From a virus (Duplodnaviria > Heunggongvirae > Uroviricota > Caudoviricetes), in IMG/VR virus record IMGVR_UViG_3300022468_000500: a DNA stretch of 64,000 nucleotides. One strand, given 5' to 3'. A model generated the notes under the pieces. It was not told the DNA's origin, did no database searches, and saw nothing but the letters and a program-made list of their open reading frames with translations. The position numbers and the translations under genes are program-made. This document shows positions 1 through 9,897 of the stretch, piece after piece (position 1 is the first letter of the stretch; every line of letters begins with the position of its first letter).

Positions 1-12
1 GGTAATGGATTC

Positions 13-384
13 TCACTCCATGAGTCCATCAGAAATACCAATACCGAATACGTACTTTAGATGTGAACCTGCATGATCTGCAGATACAGTGCCTAGATTG
101 TAATTCGTGTACTGGCCTTCATCAAAAGCACGTAGTGCCCTTAGATTGCCGATCTTCTTGCTGAATACATCATCCTTGCTGCAATACACAGCAGAGACTT
201 GATAGTTACGACAGTTTTTCATGTCTGGACGTAATGGAAGATAAGCGATAGTCAGACCTCCCTTAGGTGTGCCTGAGTGTCGGTTAAATACGTGTGCAAG
301 ACGTACTCCTTGACCACGTACTAGGTTTTCTAGCAGATAGTCGTATTCGTCTGCATGATTTAGCATAAATTCTTTAATATTCAT
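13..384 (-). CDS. hypothetical protein
   Basis: 123-aa ORF; stop overlaps start of downstream ORF by 11 nt (operon-like packing). Confidence 0.4.
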   Translation of the reverse strand: MNIKEFMLNHADEYDYLLENLVRGQGVRLAHVFNRHSGTPKGGLTIAYLPLRPDMKNCRNYQVSAVYCSKDDVFSKKIGNLRALRAFDEGQYTNYNLGTVSADHAGSHLKYVFGIGISDGLME

Positions 385-886
385 AGTTCTTCTTTAGGGT
401 TTCTAGAGAGATTGGAGTAAAGTTGATCTGTTCCACGGATACGCAAATATACCGTGGATCAGGGACACCATCTAACATCACCTTGTTAGAGTGCAGGTGT
501 CCATGAATGTTCGCCTTCCAACGAGAAAGCGATTGAGGGTGAATGGGAATGTGTGTAAGAATGAACTTATCTAGTTGATGGCAGGCACGCACATCCTTAA
601 AATAAGGAGTGTAAGCGCTCAGCTTTTCAATATCGTGGTTACCCTTGATAAGTACCTTTTCGCCGTTAACGCGACCAAAGAATGGGATATTTCGCTTGTG
701 CATAGCAAGATCACCCAGTACGTATACCTTGTCTTGCGGACGTACTGCACTATTCCAGTTCTGTTCTAGTGCAGCATCCATTTCTTCTACACTAGTAAAG
801 GGACGAAGCGAATCGCCTTCGTTAGTCTTAAAATTAAGACAGTTAGCATGCCCAACGTGTAGGTCGGCAATCAGAAAGATATTCAT
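374..886 (-). CDS. calcineurin-like metallophosphoesterase (Ser/Thr phosphatase-like)
   Basis: Motifs DLHVGH, GDL, GNHD, GHLH in canonical order. Confidence 0.7.
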   Translation of the reverse strand: MNIFLIADLHVGHANCLNFKTNEGDSLRPFTSVEEMDAALEQNWNSAVRPQDKVYVLGDLAMHKRNIPFFGRVNGEKVLIKGNHDIEKLSAYTPYFKDVRACHQLDKFILTHIPIHPQSLSRWKANIHGHLHSNKVMLDGVPDPRYICVSVEQINFTPISLETLKKNYEY

Positions 887-1073
887 GTAAAAACCATTAT
901 GTAAAAAGCTACAGATGTTAGAGTTACTACTAATATGAACTTCAACATGACTTTGTATTATTGTTTGAAGTAATAATTATACTAAATTATTACTGTTGAA
1001 TCAAGTATAAAATTATCTAATCAAATACGATTCACTATTTGATTAGATAGCCGACGTATCGGCTATCTTTGTA

Positions 1074-1913
1074 TTACTTACGAGTATCTACAATCGGAGT
1101 GTTGGCACCAATAACCGTTGCACGGCTACCATTCCAACGTTGTGCTTCGATATAATCAATAAGGTCTTTGCTAATAGACTGTGCTACTAGACGGTTGGCT
1201 TTTGCTTCCCCTTCTGCAGCAATTACCTTAGCGTCTGCTTCACCACGAGCCTTTTCTCGTTCGATTTGAGCTTGCGCAGTAGCAGTCTGTAGTTCGTTTT
1301 CACGTTGTTGAGCAGCTTGTGTAGCCTCAATCTTCTTATTAATAGCGCTAGTAATATTAGGCGGTAGACGTAGTGAACTTACTAGATAAATCTTTTCAAC
1401 GTCGATGCCGATATCAGCTACCTGAGAACGTACACGATTAGTAACCGAAGTCATAAGGGCCTCTTTAGAAGGGCCATTAATTTCTGCAACATCCATCTTT
1501 GAGGATTCGGCGTTCATTGCATCACGAACCATATTACGCAGGTATAGGTCAGAGATTTCATTAATACCTTTACGATACTTTTGAAATACAGTATCTGCCT
1601 TATCAGCCCGTACAGAGAACGTAATACCTACGTCAGCATTGATCTGCGTACCCTCACGGTCTTGGAATCCAATAGATTCGTCCCGACCATTAGCATTAGC
1701 CCAAGTATCTGTTTGCGAGAATGTTGGAAATAGATACATTTCCTCGTTCCAGCCAAGCCAGTATTTACCTGGCCCCACTACTTCACCAGTGACGCCTTTA
1801 TCGCCACCATACATATCGAATTTAACACCAACGTTACCTGCTGGTACCTTACTGCACGCGGCTAGAAAAGCCAGAAGCATAACCGCGAAAGCTAGACGAA
1901 TTGAACGAATCAC
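1074..1913 (-). CDS. SPFH/band-7 domain lipoprotein
   Basis: Signal peptide with lipobox LAAC; A/Q/E-rich coiled C-terminus typical of prohibitin/HflC-like proteins. Confidence 0.5.
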   Translation of the reverse strand: MIRSIRLAFAVMLLAFLAACSKVPAGNVGVKFDMYGGDKGVTGEVVGPGKYWLGWNEEMYLFPTFSQTDTWANANGRDESIGFQDREGTQINADVGITFSVRADKADTVFQKYRKGINEISDLYLRNMVRDAMNAESSKMDVAEINGPSKEALMTSVTNRVRSQVADIGIDVEKIYLVSSLRLPPNITSAINKKIEATQAAQQRENELQTATAQAQIEREKARGEADAKVIAAEGEAKANRLVAQSISKDLIDYIEAQRWNGSRATVIGANTPIVDTRK

Positions 1914-2158
1914 TGTGATTTTTCCTTTTTGTTACGGAATAGAAAATAATAAAGAGCGGAAACTGGGATGCTTAGCATAATTACTAAAGCAATTAATACT
2001 GGTACTGTGCCTTTAGCTGACATTAGCCAAGGCAGCAAGAAACCGAATAAAATTACTATAGTGATAAAACCCAGTAAACTTAAGAAGAACTTTGTTTTAG
2101 TCATTGTTGATTTATTAGGAGGTCCTCGAAACATCTTGTTGAAGAATAGTAAAAACAT
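1910..2158 (-). CDS. small membrane protein
   Basis: Two hydrophobic helices; start overlaps upstream ORF stop. Confidence 0.4.
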   Translation of the reverse strand: MFLLFFNKMFRGPPNKSTMTKTKFFLSLLGFITIVILFGFLLPWLMSAKGTVPVLIALVIMLSIPVSALYYFLFRNKKEKSQ

Positions 2159-2213
2159 TATATGATTTCCGAATCAATGAAGTAATTATACGCCAATTGA
2201 CCTCACTCTTCAA

Positions 2214-2252
2214 GTAAGAAAACCCAGACTTCATTTGGTAAAGTCTGGGTTT
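2214..2252. terminator. bidirectional rho-independent terminator
   Basis: aaacccagactt...aagtctgggtttt perfect 12-bp stem flanked by A and T runs. Confidence 0.6.
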
Positions 2253-2366
2253 TGTTAACATTTATCCGCTTACTTTATGCGGAGACCACTACGCGGGCCA
2301 GTGTAATTACGCGGACGCCGAGACATAGTCTCACCTGTAACGCCAACAGGACCTAAGGTAGGTTAG

Positions 2367-2702
2367 TTAAGACTCTGAGCCAGGCTTAGAGTCTAATACT
2401 TCTTGCAGCACACTATTAATGAAATCTACGTGTGCTGATGCCACTTTTAGATAATCAATAACATCCTGCTTATTTCTAGGGATTTTGAACTTTAGTTCAT
2501 CTACTACGTCTAAGGGCTTAGGGTAGTGTGCTACACCATACTTATCAATTACAGGTTCATCTTGTGTATCTGTAAATATAGACGCGGTCCATGCTACTGT
2601 GCCTTCAATAGCAGCCTGATGTTCTGGAGGACAGCTAGTGTACTCAGCGTCCTTAAAAGTAATTAATACTGGAATCAACCAGGCACTAGGTTTTAGTTGC
2701 AT
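2367..2702 (-). CDS. hypothetical protein
   Basis: 111-aa ORF. Confidence 0.4.
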   Translation of the reverse strand: MQLKPSAWLIPVLITFKDAEYTSCPPEHQAAIEGTVAWTASIFTDTQDEPVIDKYGVAHYPKPLDVVDELKFKIPRNKQDVIDYLKVASAHVDFINSVLQEVLDSKPGSES

Positions 2703-2765
2703 TTTATAAATATAATAGATCAGGCCTCGGGACTCAAACCCGCTTGGTTTAAAGGATGTGCCTCA

Positions 2766-2840
2766 CCTGAATAAATGGTAGTCAGTGGGAATTTCGAAAT
2801 CCCGACCTTCGCCGTGTAAAAGCGTTGCTCTGCCTCTGAG
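2766..2840 (-). tRNA. trnV(uac): tRNA-Val(UAC) candidate
   Basis: Hand-folded cloverleaf: acceptor AGTCGGT/ACTGACT, D stem GCTC/GAGC, anticodon loop TTTACAC, T-loop TTCGAAA, encoded CCA. Confidence 0.55.
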
Positions 2841-2856
2841 CTAACCGACTATTATT

Positions 2857-3342
2857 TTAGAATGAAGTAGAAGTAGGTTGTGGTTGAACGAATTCACCAC
2901 CACGAACTTGTAGGAAAACGTAATACTTACCAGGATTCAGTGTTGCTAGACGCTTAGCTTCTTGACGAGCTAGTGCAGCTGTAGTGTGTACAACTGGTTC
3001 TGCAGACATTGAAAATCCACCGCTTACGCTAAAAGATGCAACGATAAAACCGTTTGCATTAGTGGCTTGTAGTAGTGCTTGTACGCTGTTGATTGAAGTC
3101 TTGTTCATAGTATTTGAATCGTATAGTTTAGGGTTGTAATTAGGAGCATAACCAGATTTAGCGATTACATATACACAATTGCTAGCTGGTTTAGGGAAAG
3201 ACTGATTGACGTAGTCAAGTAATTGTTGATCGGTAGCATGTTTTAGACACTGAATAGTGCCTGCTGGCGAATAGCTAGAACGTGTTACAGGGTTGTATAA
3301 ATATACAACATGAGTAACTAGATTTTTATTATTAATATTCAT
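2857..3342 (-). CDS. hypothetical protein
   Basis: 161-aa ORF. Confidence 0.4.
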   Translation of the reverse strand: MNINNKNLVTHVVYLYNPVTRSSYSPAGTIQCLKHATDQQLLDYVNQSFPKPASNCVYVIAKSGYAPNYNPKLYDSNTMNKTSINSVQALLQATNANGFIVASFSVSGGFSMSAEPVVHTTAALARQEAKRLATLNPGKYYVFLQVRGGEFVQPQPTSTSF

Positions 3343-3354
3343 AGTTGTTGTTAT

Positions 3355-3430
3355 TGGAGCAATCTGTCGGACTCGAACCGAACTACGGATGGGTGGAAGC
3401 CATCAATGTAACCATCAACACTTAGATTGC
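3355..3430 (-). tRNA. trnG(ucc): tRNA-Gly(UCC)
   Basis: Acceptor GCAATCT/AGATTGC perfect; anticodon stem GATGG/CCATC with loop CTTCCAC; T-loop TTCGAGT; encoded CCA. Confidence 0.7.
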
Positions 3431-3435
3431 TTATG

Positions 3436-3512
3436 TGGTATGAGCATAGGGATTCGAACCCTAATCCTCTGGATGGCAACCAGAGATAATAGCCAGGTTA
3501 TACGATGCCCAC
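3436..3512 (-). tRNA. trnG(gcc): tRNA-Gly(GCC) candidate
   Basis: T arm TAGGG-TTCGAAT-CCCTA; anticodon stem TCTGG/CCAGA with loop TTGCCAT; acceptor has G-U pairs; CCA encoded. Confidence 0.55.
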
Positions 3513-3519
3513 ATAATTA

Positions 3520-3825
3520 TTAAAAAGGAATGTCGTCGTCGAAATCGTCAAAACCATAACGATTGCCATAGTGCATATCTTTAGGAATCCAAGGTTTAAT
3601 CTCTTCTTTAAGATACTGTTCCATGTCTTTCTTAGTCTTTTCCGACGCAATCATTTCAGATACGATAGGATCGAACTTAGTTCCTGCATTCCTCTGTAGC
3701 CATAGAATATAATCAGGATCAGACGTTATAATCGAGTCAACGCGACATTTTGTGTATTTGCCAAACGTAAAGAAGTCAAATGGACCTAAACTTGCAGGCT
3801 TTAACTTTGTAAAAGACTTAGACAT
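3520..3825 (-). CDS. hypothetical protein
   Basis: 101-aa ORF. Confidence 0.4.
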   Translation of the reverse strand: MSKSFTKLKPASLGPFDFFTFGKYTKCRVDSIITSDPDYILWLQRNAGTKFDPIVSEMIASEKTKKDMEQYLKEEIKPWIPKDMHYGNRYGFDDFDDDIPF

Positions 3826-4034
3826 TACAGTTTAATATCAATACTACCGACCGCTTCTTTGTAAGCGTTTTTACAAGTTACAAAAGCATTACCAGATGGA
3901 CTGATAAGAATCTCGAATACGCCCTCACGATCTTTACAAATACTGAGAGCTTTATTAAGAGTGTGCTGACCTATATACTTGCTGCAACCAACAAGACTGC
4001 ACGCCAAAATCAATGAAGTAATTATCGTTTTCAT
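3825..4034 (-). CDS. small lipoprotein
   Basis: Likely start at MKTIITSLILACSLVGC (signal plus lipobox); ORF-track N-extension probably not translated. Confidence 0.4.
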   Translation of the reverse strand: MKTIITSLILACSLVGCSKYIGQHTLNKALSICKDREGVFEILISPSGNAFVTCKNAYKEAVGSIDIKL

Positions 4035-4152
4035 AGACATAATTATACAGAATTTGGATATACAGATCAAGTGTAAATTTTCTAATCTAATACTTATCTA
4101 AAGATCGTTAGATAAGTATTAGATTAGAAGGCACCAGAGTGCCTTCTGTATA

Positions 4153-5523
4153 TTAACCTACACGTGCACGAATTTCTGCAAACGTTGTAGTGTTAACTAA
4201 ATCGCCATTTACATAGCGAGTACGTAGTTGATCGTGTTCTAGCGCTTCATCGGTTAGTGGCACATTGACCAGTTCACCTGCGTCATTACGGACCACACAG
4301 AATAGCCCACGTAGGCTAGACTTTCCGGAGTCAGTAATAGGGTCCTTATAAACGTCACGCCATTCAGACTCACCAGCTACCTTAATAGCTGAGCACTTCA
4401 TAGCAAACTTACAGGTGTCACGATTTACCATTTGTAGTAGTGCACCACCTTGACCGAACAATACGTTATCAGCACTAAATCCAGCCATCTTCATGCAAAA
4501 AAGAATGGAACGAATGTTAGCGTGGTTGATACCATCGCCTTGTAGTACACGAACATTATTCAGTACACGATAGCCCTTACTATTAGTAGTGCTACCAAAA
4601 TACTTTTCTAGGATGTATAGACACTTTACTACCACTTCACTAGGTTCGCCCGAGTCGGGTCGAACAACAAGCATAGCACCACTAGCAAGGACTTCGTCCT
4701 TTAGCACAGTACCCCATAGCTTGCAGGCTTCGTAGATATTATAGCTATCACTAACTGCTGATACAATACCTCCTTGCACAGCATTCTTACGAACCATATT
4801 GCGGTAGGCTTCTACTTCGTTTTCACGACCCCAGCTGGTCACAGTGCTGTGTTCCATAGCAGGTACAGAAAAAGCTACATTGGTATCGCCATATACTTCT
4901 TCAATGTCTAGCATTGAGATAGCAGTATCTGTACCACGGAATACTGCTAAGTGAGCTGAGCCGCCAATACGTGCACTTTCGCCGCTAGAAACGCCGCGAG
5001 CACCGAAATCATGTAGTTTGAAGTCGATAATGCTAGGATCGCCTGTTTCTTCTAGGTACTTCTCGATAATACGACGACTAGCTAGACTATTAGACGCTAC
5101 CGTAGTAGGGTACCAAATAGCACGTAGCAGCATAGTTTCGAAGAAACTAGTTAGCCAACCAGACTTCCAATCAGTATTAACTACTGTTAGCATCACGGTA
5201 CCTGGCTTTACGATAGTACCCTCATCTAGTGCCTTGATATGTAGAGGTAATACGCCACCATATTCATTAACAATGTAATCCCAGCCAGCACGGTTAAACG
5301 GTTCGCCATGTGCTGTGATAATACGTTCTGCCTGATCTACTTCGGCCTTAGTAATAGGATTAGCAAGCCAGGTCTTGAGGAAACGTTGCGTTCCCATCAT
5401 TACGAGTTCATCATACTCCCCGCCCCGAGAAGCAATGTATGAATAAACATATTCAGTACCTGGAGGATACTGATTAAACTGAGAGAACTTATAACTATCA
5501 GCCTCTAGAATTCGATTTTGCAT
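4153..5523 (-). CDS. nadV: nicotinamide phosphoribosyltransferase (NAMPT/NadV)
   Basis: Near-complete set of NAMPT signature blocks: DSYK, YPPGT, KLHDFGARGVSS, GTDT, SVPAMEHSTVTSWG, SDSYNIY, RPDSGEP, NSKGY, QGDG, FGQGGALLQ. Confidence 0.92.
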   Translation of the reverse strand: MQNRILEADSYKFSQFNQYPPGTEYVYSYIASRGGEYDELVMMGTQRFLKTWLANPITKAEVDQAERIITAHGEPFNRAGWDYIVNEYGGVLPLHIKALDEGTIVKPGTVMLTVVNTDWKSGWLTSFFETMLLRAIWYPTTVASNSLASRRIIEKYLEETGDPSIIDFKLHDFGARGVSSGESARIGGSAHLAVFRGTDTAISMLDIEEVYGDTNVAFSVPAMEHSTVTSWGRENEVEAYRNMVRKNAVQGGIVSAVSDSYNIYEACKLWGTVLKDEVLASGAMLVVRPDSGEPSEVVVKCLYILEKYFGSTTNSKGYRVLNNVRVLQGDGINHANIRSILFCMKMAGFSADNVLFGQGGALLQMVNRDTCKFAMKCSAIKVAGESEWRDVYKDPITDSGKSSLRGLFCVVRNDAGELVNVPLTDEALEHDQLRTRYVNGDLVNTTTFAEIRARVG

Positions 5524-5544
5524 AGTAAAAACTCCTTTTACTTA

Positions 5545-5736
5545 TTAATAATTTTTAACAATTACTTTATTGCCACAAGCCGGGCACCTAATAAAGTAAA
5601 CACGTTCACAGCCCCCGCCCCAGTCTTTATCGTCGTAGTATTGAACTTCAGACTGGACGTATTCTAGCTTACTAGAGCAGTTACGGCAAGTGCACTTGCG
5701 AACAAATTTATCATTCTTTCCAACAATGGCTACCAT
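5545..5736 (-). CDS. zinc-ribbon protein
   Basis: CxxC...CPACG pattern. Confidence 0.4.
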   Translation of the reverse strand: MVAIVGKNDKFVRKCTCRNCSSKLEYVQSEVQYYDDKDWGGGCERVYFIRCPACGNKVIVKNY

Positions 5737-5994
5737 TTACAGCTTTCGATAAGTTAGCACAATGAAGTTAGTATAATCACTAGAATCATATGAATCGTAC
5801 GTAAGACATTCGGTGTGAATGTACTCTGAAGTAATCCTAATATCTTCAGGTGTAGCGTCTGGCCAATTATTTTTGATAACCTGCATAATAGCTGCTAAAT
5901 CGTAATCATCTGCAGCATTCAAATAAATTACTGTATCAGTATTGTCTGGCCAGTAATCCTTAATACACCCATTATTGCGATATGAATAACCCAT
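5737..5994 (-). CDS. hypothetical protein
   Basis: 85-aa ORF. Confidence 0.35.
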   Translation of the reverse strand: MGYSYRNNGCIKDYWPDNTDTVIYLNAADDYDLAAIMQVIKNNWPDATPEDIRITSEYIHTECLTYDSYDSSDYTNFIVLTYRKL

Positions 5995-6061
5995 TGCTTT
6001 CCTTTATCACTGTATAGACTATATTATACAGAAATACAGTCTATACTTCAAGACAATAATA

Positions 6062-7105
6062 TCAAACGCGAACGAATGATTGAATAATGTCGTAGTGATC
6101 CTCAAACAAATTAGCTGACTTAACTTGGCTGATCGGTACCCATTCAGCCTTTGCGGCGTCATCCATGCCTTTGACCTTTGGTAGGTCAATGCTATCTGTT
6201 AGCTTAATGAAATGAGCGTGTGTAATCGTACGACCACGGGCACTACGATCAATGTGATCAAACACCTTAGTAGTTACAATACTACCTTTTAGCACCTTGT
6301 CTGGTACTTTTAGACCAGTTTCTTCACGTAGTTCACGAATACAAGCAGATTCAATACTTGCATCTGTACCGGCATTGAAGAACCCACCAGGCAGTGCCAT
6401 TAAACCTTTGCCTGGTTCTGACTTGCGCTCAATCATTAGTACGTGACCAGATTGAACAACTACCGCATCTACAGTAACGAACACAGGAGGATAAGCTAGA
6501 CCCTCGAACTGTTTCTTGTAAGCTGTAATGTACTCACGTTCACGAATAAGTTGATCGTATTCTTTACTATTTAGGAAACCTGACAGAAACGGCATCGAAC
6601 TTGTGGGAATCACACCTTCGATGAACTTTAGGTTCACATTGCGACGGAAATAAATATCGCGAATAGTGCTGGCATCAAGCGGTTCTAGGAGCTCAACATT
6701 TTCTTGCTCCCATTGTGGAAACCACCGTAGGTAATCGCTAGAGCTATCCTTAATATGGCCTATTACACCGATGCGATCACCAGTATAACTGTACTTACCT
6801 ACTAGTTGCTGAATACGAGAAATCCAAGCATTATCATCATAAGCAGTGTCAATGTTACCTAGAATGGTAAACGATGCGTCATATGTTTCGCTTAGACGAC
6901 GCTCTTTAATCGCTCCAATTATTAGTGCTTGGCGCTCAACGAAATTAAACGGATTTTTGTAGGTACGTGGACGATCAACTGATCCCACAATGACAATAAC
7001 GCGCTTGGCAAGTTGCGCAGCGCGTTTCAGGGTTTCTACGTGCGCACTATGTAACATTTGGAAACGTCCAATATACACTAATACGTCATACTTCTTTTGG
7101 GTCAT
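6062..7105 (-). CDS. nadM: bifunctional NMN adenylyltransferase / Nudix ADP-ribose pyrophosphatase (NadM-like)
   Basis: N-terminal nucleotidyltransferase motif GRFQMLHSAH; C-terminal Nudix box GGFFNAGTDASIESACIRELREETGL. Confidence 0.85.
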   Translation of the reverse strand: MTQKKYDVLVYIGRFQMLHSAHVETLKRAAQLAKRVIVIVGSVDRPRTYKNPFNFVERQALIIGAIKERRLSETYDASFTILGNIDTAYDDNAWISRIQQLVGKYSYTGDRIGVIGHIKDSSSDYLRWFPQWEQENVELLEPLDASTIRDIYFRRNVNLKFIEGVIPTSSMPFLSGFLNSKEYDQLIREREYITAYKKQFEGLAYPPVFVTVDAVVVQSGHVLMIERKSEPGKGLMALPGGFFNAGTDASIESACIRELREETGLKVPDKVLKGSIVTTKVFDHIDRSARGRTITHAHFIKLTDSIDLPKVKGMDDAAKAEWVPISQVKSANLFEDHYDIIQSFVRV

Positions 7106-7193
7106 TCTAAACTCCTTAGAACGTGGTTAATAATAAAGACGGTGTTGGTTATGTTGTTTTAACAACTTGGCAGAATCCGTCAACTGCGCATTT

Positions 7194-7267
7194 TGGTAGC
7201 AAGGTAAGGAATCGAACCTTCGTCGCTCGATTATCAGTCGAGTGCTCTGCCATTGAGCTACAATGCC
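7194..7267 (-). tRNA. trnI(gau): tRNA-Ile(GAU)-like with acceptor-stem mismatches
   Basis: D arm TAGCTCAATGGCAGAGC, anticodon stem CTCGA/TCGAG loop CTGATAA, T-loop TTCGATT, CCA encoded; acceptor GGCATTG vs CCTTGCT has two internal mismatches. Confidence 0.45.
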
Positions 7268-7273
7268 ATTGTT

Positions 7274-7348
7274 TGGTAGGGTCGCTGAGATTCGAACTCA
7301 GTTCTCATCCGTTAAGAGCGGAGGCTTCACCGTCAAAGTTTCGTCCCT
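7274..7348 (-). tRNA. tRNA candidate (anticodon possibly CUU, Lys)
   Basis: T arm CTGAG-TTCGAAT-CTCAG, acceptor AGGGACG/CGACCCT (one mismatch), CCA encoded; anticodon assignment uncertain. Confidence 0.4.
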
Positions 7349-7351
7349 ATG

Positions 7352-7537
7352 TTACATTTTATCCGGATCGGTAGCGTTTTCTAGATTTTTTAGAATATCC
7401 TCTAAAGCATCAGCAGTATATGGTTGGTCTTTATCAGTAAGAGCACCACCCATAGTCACCACATCGGCTACTAAAGCTACAGGAGTAGTAACTACACCTA
7501 GAGCTGCTTTAGTTAGAGAATTAAATAGGCCAAACAT
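7352..7537 (-). CDS. hypothetical protein
   Basis: 61-aa ORF. Confidence 0.3.
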   Translation of the reverse strand: MFGLFNSLTKAALGVVTTPVALVADVVTMGGALTDKDQPYTADALEDILKNLENATDPDKM

Positions 7538-7689
7538 TTATTTACCTTTAAAATTATATTGCGACATACAAATACCGAGCTATGCTCGTACAAGATTCAT
7601 CTCTCTGCATGCTATTACTGTGTTCTTGTCACACGCAAATAGAAAAAACGAGAACAAATCGCATTAGAAAGAGCACCAGCTCATAAGCC

Positions 7690-7760
7690 TAGGAATCGAA
7701 CCGCGGCCTCTTGGGTTTTGGTAAGAGAAGTATCTAACACTATCACTACGTTTATATGAA
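7690..7760 (-). ncRNA. degenerate tRNA-like element
   Basis: TTCGATTCC T-loop motif but no consistent cloverleaf. Confidence 0.25.
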
Positions 7761-7804
7761 ATAGGTGAGAACAGTAAAGTTGGGTATTGTCCTCCTTGAC
7801 CACT

Positions 7805-7885
7805 AGGACACGATGGAATCGAACCATCTCGGGCTTTTAATACCAATAAAAATGAAGTAACCAACTTAAACACTACACCATATGA
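7805..7885 (-). ncRNA. tRNA-like element (T arm GATGG-TTCGATT-CCATC) with unresolved 5' half
   Basis: Perfect T arm; 5' region carries the GTAGTGT...GTTACTTC box seen in other tRNA-like elements here. Confidence 0.3.
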
Positions 7886-7994
7886 AAACATTAGTATTGC
7901 TTTCATATGATGTAAACATCATATGCTTTCGTTCGACAATTTCCGGCTCTAATTGCCGTATGTGGTTCACGAAAAAGTTTATAAAAGATACTTG

Positions 7995-8069
7995 CTGGGT
8001 AGACTGGGGTCGAACCAGTGACCTAACGGTTAACAGCCGTTCGCTACTACCAACTGAGCTACAACCCAG
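7995..8069 (-). tRNA. trnN(guu): tRNA-Asn(GUU)
   Basis: TAGCTCAGTTGGTAG D arm, anticodon stem AACGG/CCGTT loop CTGTTAA, T arm ACTGG-TTCGACC-CCAGT; CCA not encoded. Confidence 0.65.
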
Positions 8070-8079
8070 CAAGTATCTT

Positions 8080-8769
8080 TTAAAATTTTTGATAAACAGT
8101 AAACCCTTTGCAAGACTTACGTGTTCCTGCTAGCATTCTTGACACATTTGAAGAATGATTAGTTGTACCTAAATATTCTCTGCAAAAGTCTTTTATACAA
8201 AATAACTCTATTAGTGAGTTATCAGGAGCTTTTAATATAGCTATAGCGTTTTGCCTATATTTATCAGTATTACTTCTTGTTTTCGAAGTCATTAAATGAT
8301 ATTCTTTAGAATACTTTTTTAACCATAAGTGATTTTTACTGTTATGCATATCACTTACTAAGGTAGTAGGTACTCTACATTTGGCAGCTATTTGTGGAAT
8401 TGTTAACTCACCTTTATACAACAGTGAAAAAACTCTTAAAATAGTTATACCTGAGTACTTTGATGCATTACTATTAGGACCAAAACCTACTATACCGGGT
8501 GCTACTATACATAAGCCGGAATTTAATGCATTGAATTCATTTGTCCAAAAAACTTCTTTGTTCGGTAGTTCGTCTATACTACATTCTTCTAAAATTATGA
8601 AATCTGGGTTACCATATTTGTTGTATGCATCTTGTACTTTATAGTTAGAATGCTTATTTGTATTCAGTTTTCTAAAATGTTCGGACTTTCTTTGGGTTAG
8701 ATTTTGAGATAAACCTATGTAAATTAAATCCTGTTCCCACCAATATAAAGCATATATTCCTGAATTCAT
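8080..8769 (-). CDS. GIY-YIG homing endonuclease
   Basis: MNSGIYALYWW...LIYIGLSQNLTQRKSEH GIY-YIG motif; start placed at internal Met matching the 53122..53751 paralog and clearing the adjacent tRNA. Confidence 0.7.
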   Translation of the reverse strand: MNSGIYALYWWEQDLIYIGLSQNLTQRKSEHFRKLNTNKHSNYKVQDAYNKYGNPDFIILEECSIDELPNKEVFWTNEFNALNSGLCIVAPGIVGFGPNSNASKYSGITILRVFSLLYKGELTIPQIAAKCRVPTTLVSDMHNSKNHLWLKKYSKEYHLMTSKTRSNTDKYRQNAIAILKAPDNSLIELFCIKDFCREYLGTTNHSSNVSRMLAGTRKSCKGFTVYQKF

Positions 8770-8770
8770 A

Positions 8771-8847
8771 TGGTCCCTAACGTAGGATTCGAACCTACAT
8801 CCCACGGCTTCGTAGACCGGGATACTCTCCAATTGTACTAATCAGGG
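8771..8847 (-). tRNA. trnR(acg): tRNA-Arg(ACG)
   Basis: Acceptor CCCTGAT/GTTAGGG, anticodon loop CTACGAA, T arm GTAGG-TTCGAAT-CCTAC, CCA encoded. Confidence 0.65.
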
Positions 8848-8908
8848 ATTATTGGTTTTTGATATATCAATTATACTTGAAAACTCAATAGAAATCAAGT
8901 ATGAATTT

Positions 8909-8985
8909 TGGTAGTCATAGGAGGAATCGAACCTACCAACCTTCTCCGTATGAAGGAGCTGCTCCACCGTTTGAGCTATACGACC
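8909..8985 (-). tRNA. trnM(cau): tRNA-Met(CAU)
   Basis: D arm GCTC-AAACGGTG-GAGC, anticodon stem CTCC/GGAG loop TTCATAC, CCA encoded. Confidence 0.6.
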
Positions 8986-9231
8986 TTAAAAAATAACTTT
9001 TGATACTTCGAAACAATGAAGAACGTGAAAGTCGTAGCCTTCTGCAGCTAGCCACCTATTTATTTCTGTAATAGGTTTACCACTAAAAGTGAAGTCGATA
9101 CACTGCTCTTCTGTGCATGTAATATCGTAGTCCTTCATGAGCTGATAAAGACCAGAAAGGTAATTTTCTGCTTTTACAAACTCCACAATAAGACCATCAT
9201 CTTCTAAAAGCTTAAATACGAATTGTTTCAT
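8986..9231 (-). CDS. hypothetical protein
   Basis: Start moved to internal Met (MKQFVFKLL); ORF-track N-extension is tRNA-Cys sequence. Confidence 0.35.
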   Translation of the reverse strand: MKQFVFKLLEDDGLIVEFVKAENYLSGLYQLMKDYDITCTEEQCIDFTFSGKPITEINRWLAAEGYDFHVLHCFEVSKVIF

Positions 9232-9239
9232 AGTGTTTT

Positions 9240-9314
9240 TGGAACCGCCTCTCAGAATCGAACTGAGCTTCAACCGGTTTGCAATCGGTGACCTGGCCAA
9301 CTGGTTCAGGCGGC
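9240..9314 (-). tRNA. trnC(gca): tRNA-Cys(GCA)
   Basis: Acceptor GCCGCCT/AGGCGGT, anticodon loop TTGCAAA, T arm CTCAG-TTCGATT-CTGAG, CCA encoded. Confidence 0.65.
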
Positions 9315-9320
9315 ATTAAT

Positions 9321-9563
9321 TCAAAGTTCTAGTACAGAAACCCAGTCTTCGTCGGTCATGTACGTTTCCACGAATTCGTCCACACTAGACATATGTGGAA
9401 GTGTGCCATCTGTATACATTTGTAATAGCTCTGCATTATTCAAATGTACAATTACAGCATGAATATCACTATTCGCTTCAACTATTTCATGTATTAGAGC
9501 ACCTTCAAATAAATCAAAGCGTGCTACTGCGAATTTCATAAGTCGGTTTCCAGAGTTTTGCAT
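9321..9563 (-). CDS. hypothetical protein
   Basis: 80-aa ORF. Confidence 0.3.
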   Translation of the reverse strand: MQNSGNRLMKFAVARFDLFEGALIHEIVEANSDIHAVIVHLNNAELLQMYTDGTLPHMSSVDEFVETYMTDEDWVSVLEL

Positions 9564-9891
9564 ATTTAACTACGTTAGGGTATTCAAATCTAGGGCACAA
9601 AACTGCTGCAACAATTGTCATACCATAGTTGCGTTCAGTGGTTAGAGACACCTGCTCTTCTTTCATAATTCTGTTCATTTCGGCTTGATTAACCTTGCAT
9701 ACGCACTTCTTATAGCTTTCGCGCAGCCAGTGCTTATACTCAGGAATATTCTCAAAATGCCTGTGTGCTGATAATACAGCATGTGCCACAACGACTGGAA
9801 CCATGTGGTCGTCTACAGTGTCTAGAACAAAGATATACTCTTTTAGCTTACTTAGTTCTGCTGTTAGTTCATCAACTTCTGTCTGTGTCAT
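9514..9891 (-). CDS. hypothetical protein
   Basis: 125-aa ORF. Confidence 0.4.
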   Translation of the reverse strand: MTQTEVDELTAELSKLKEYIFVLDTVDDHMVPVVVAHAVLSAHRHFENIPEYKHWLRESYKKCVCKVNQAEMNRIMKEEQVSLTTERNYGMTIVAAVLCPRFEYPNVVKYAKLWKPTYEIRSSTL

Positions 9892-9897
9892 ATTATT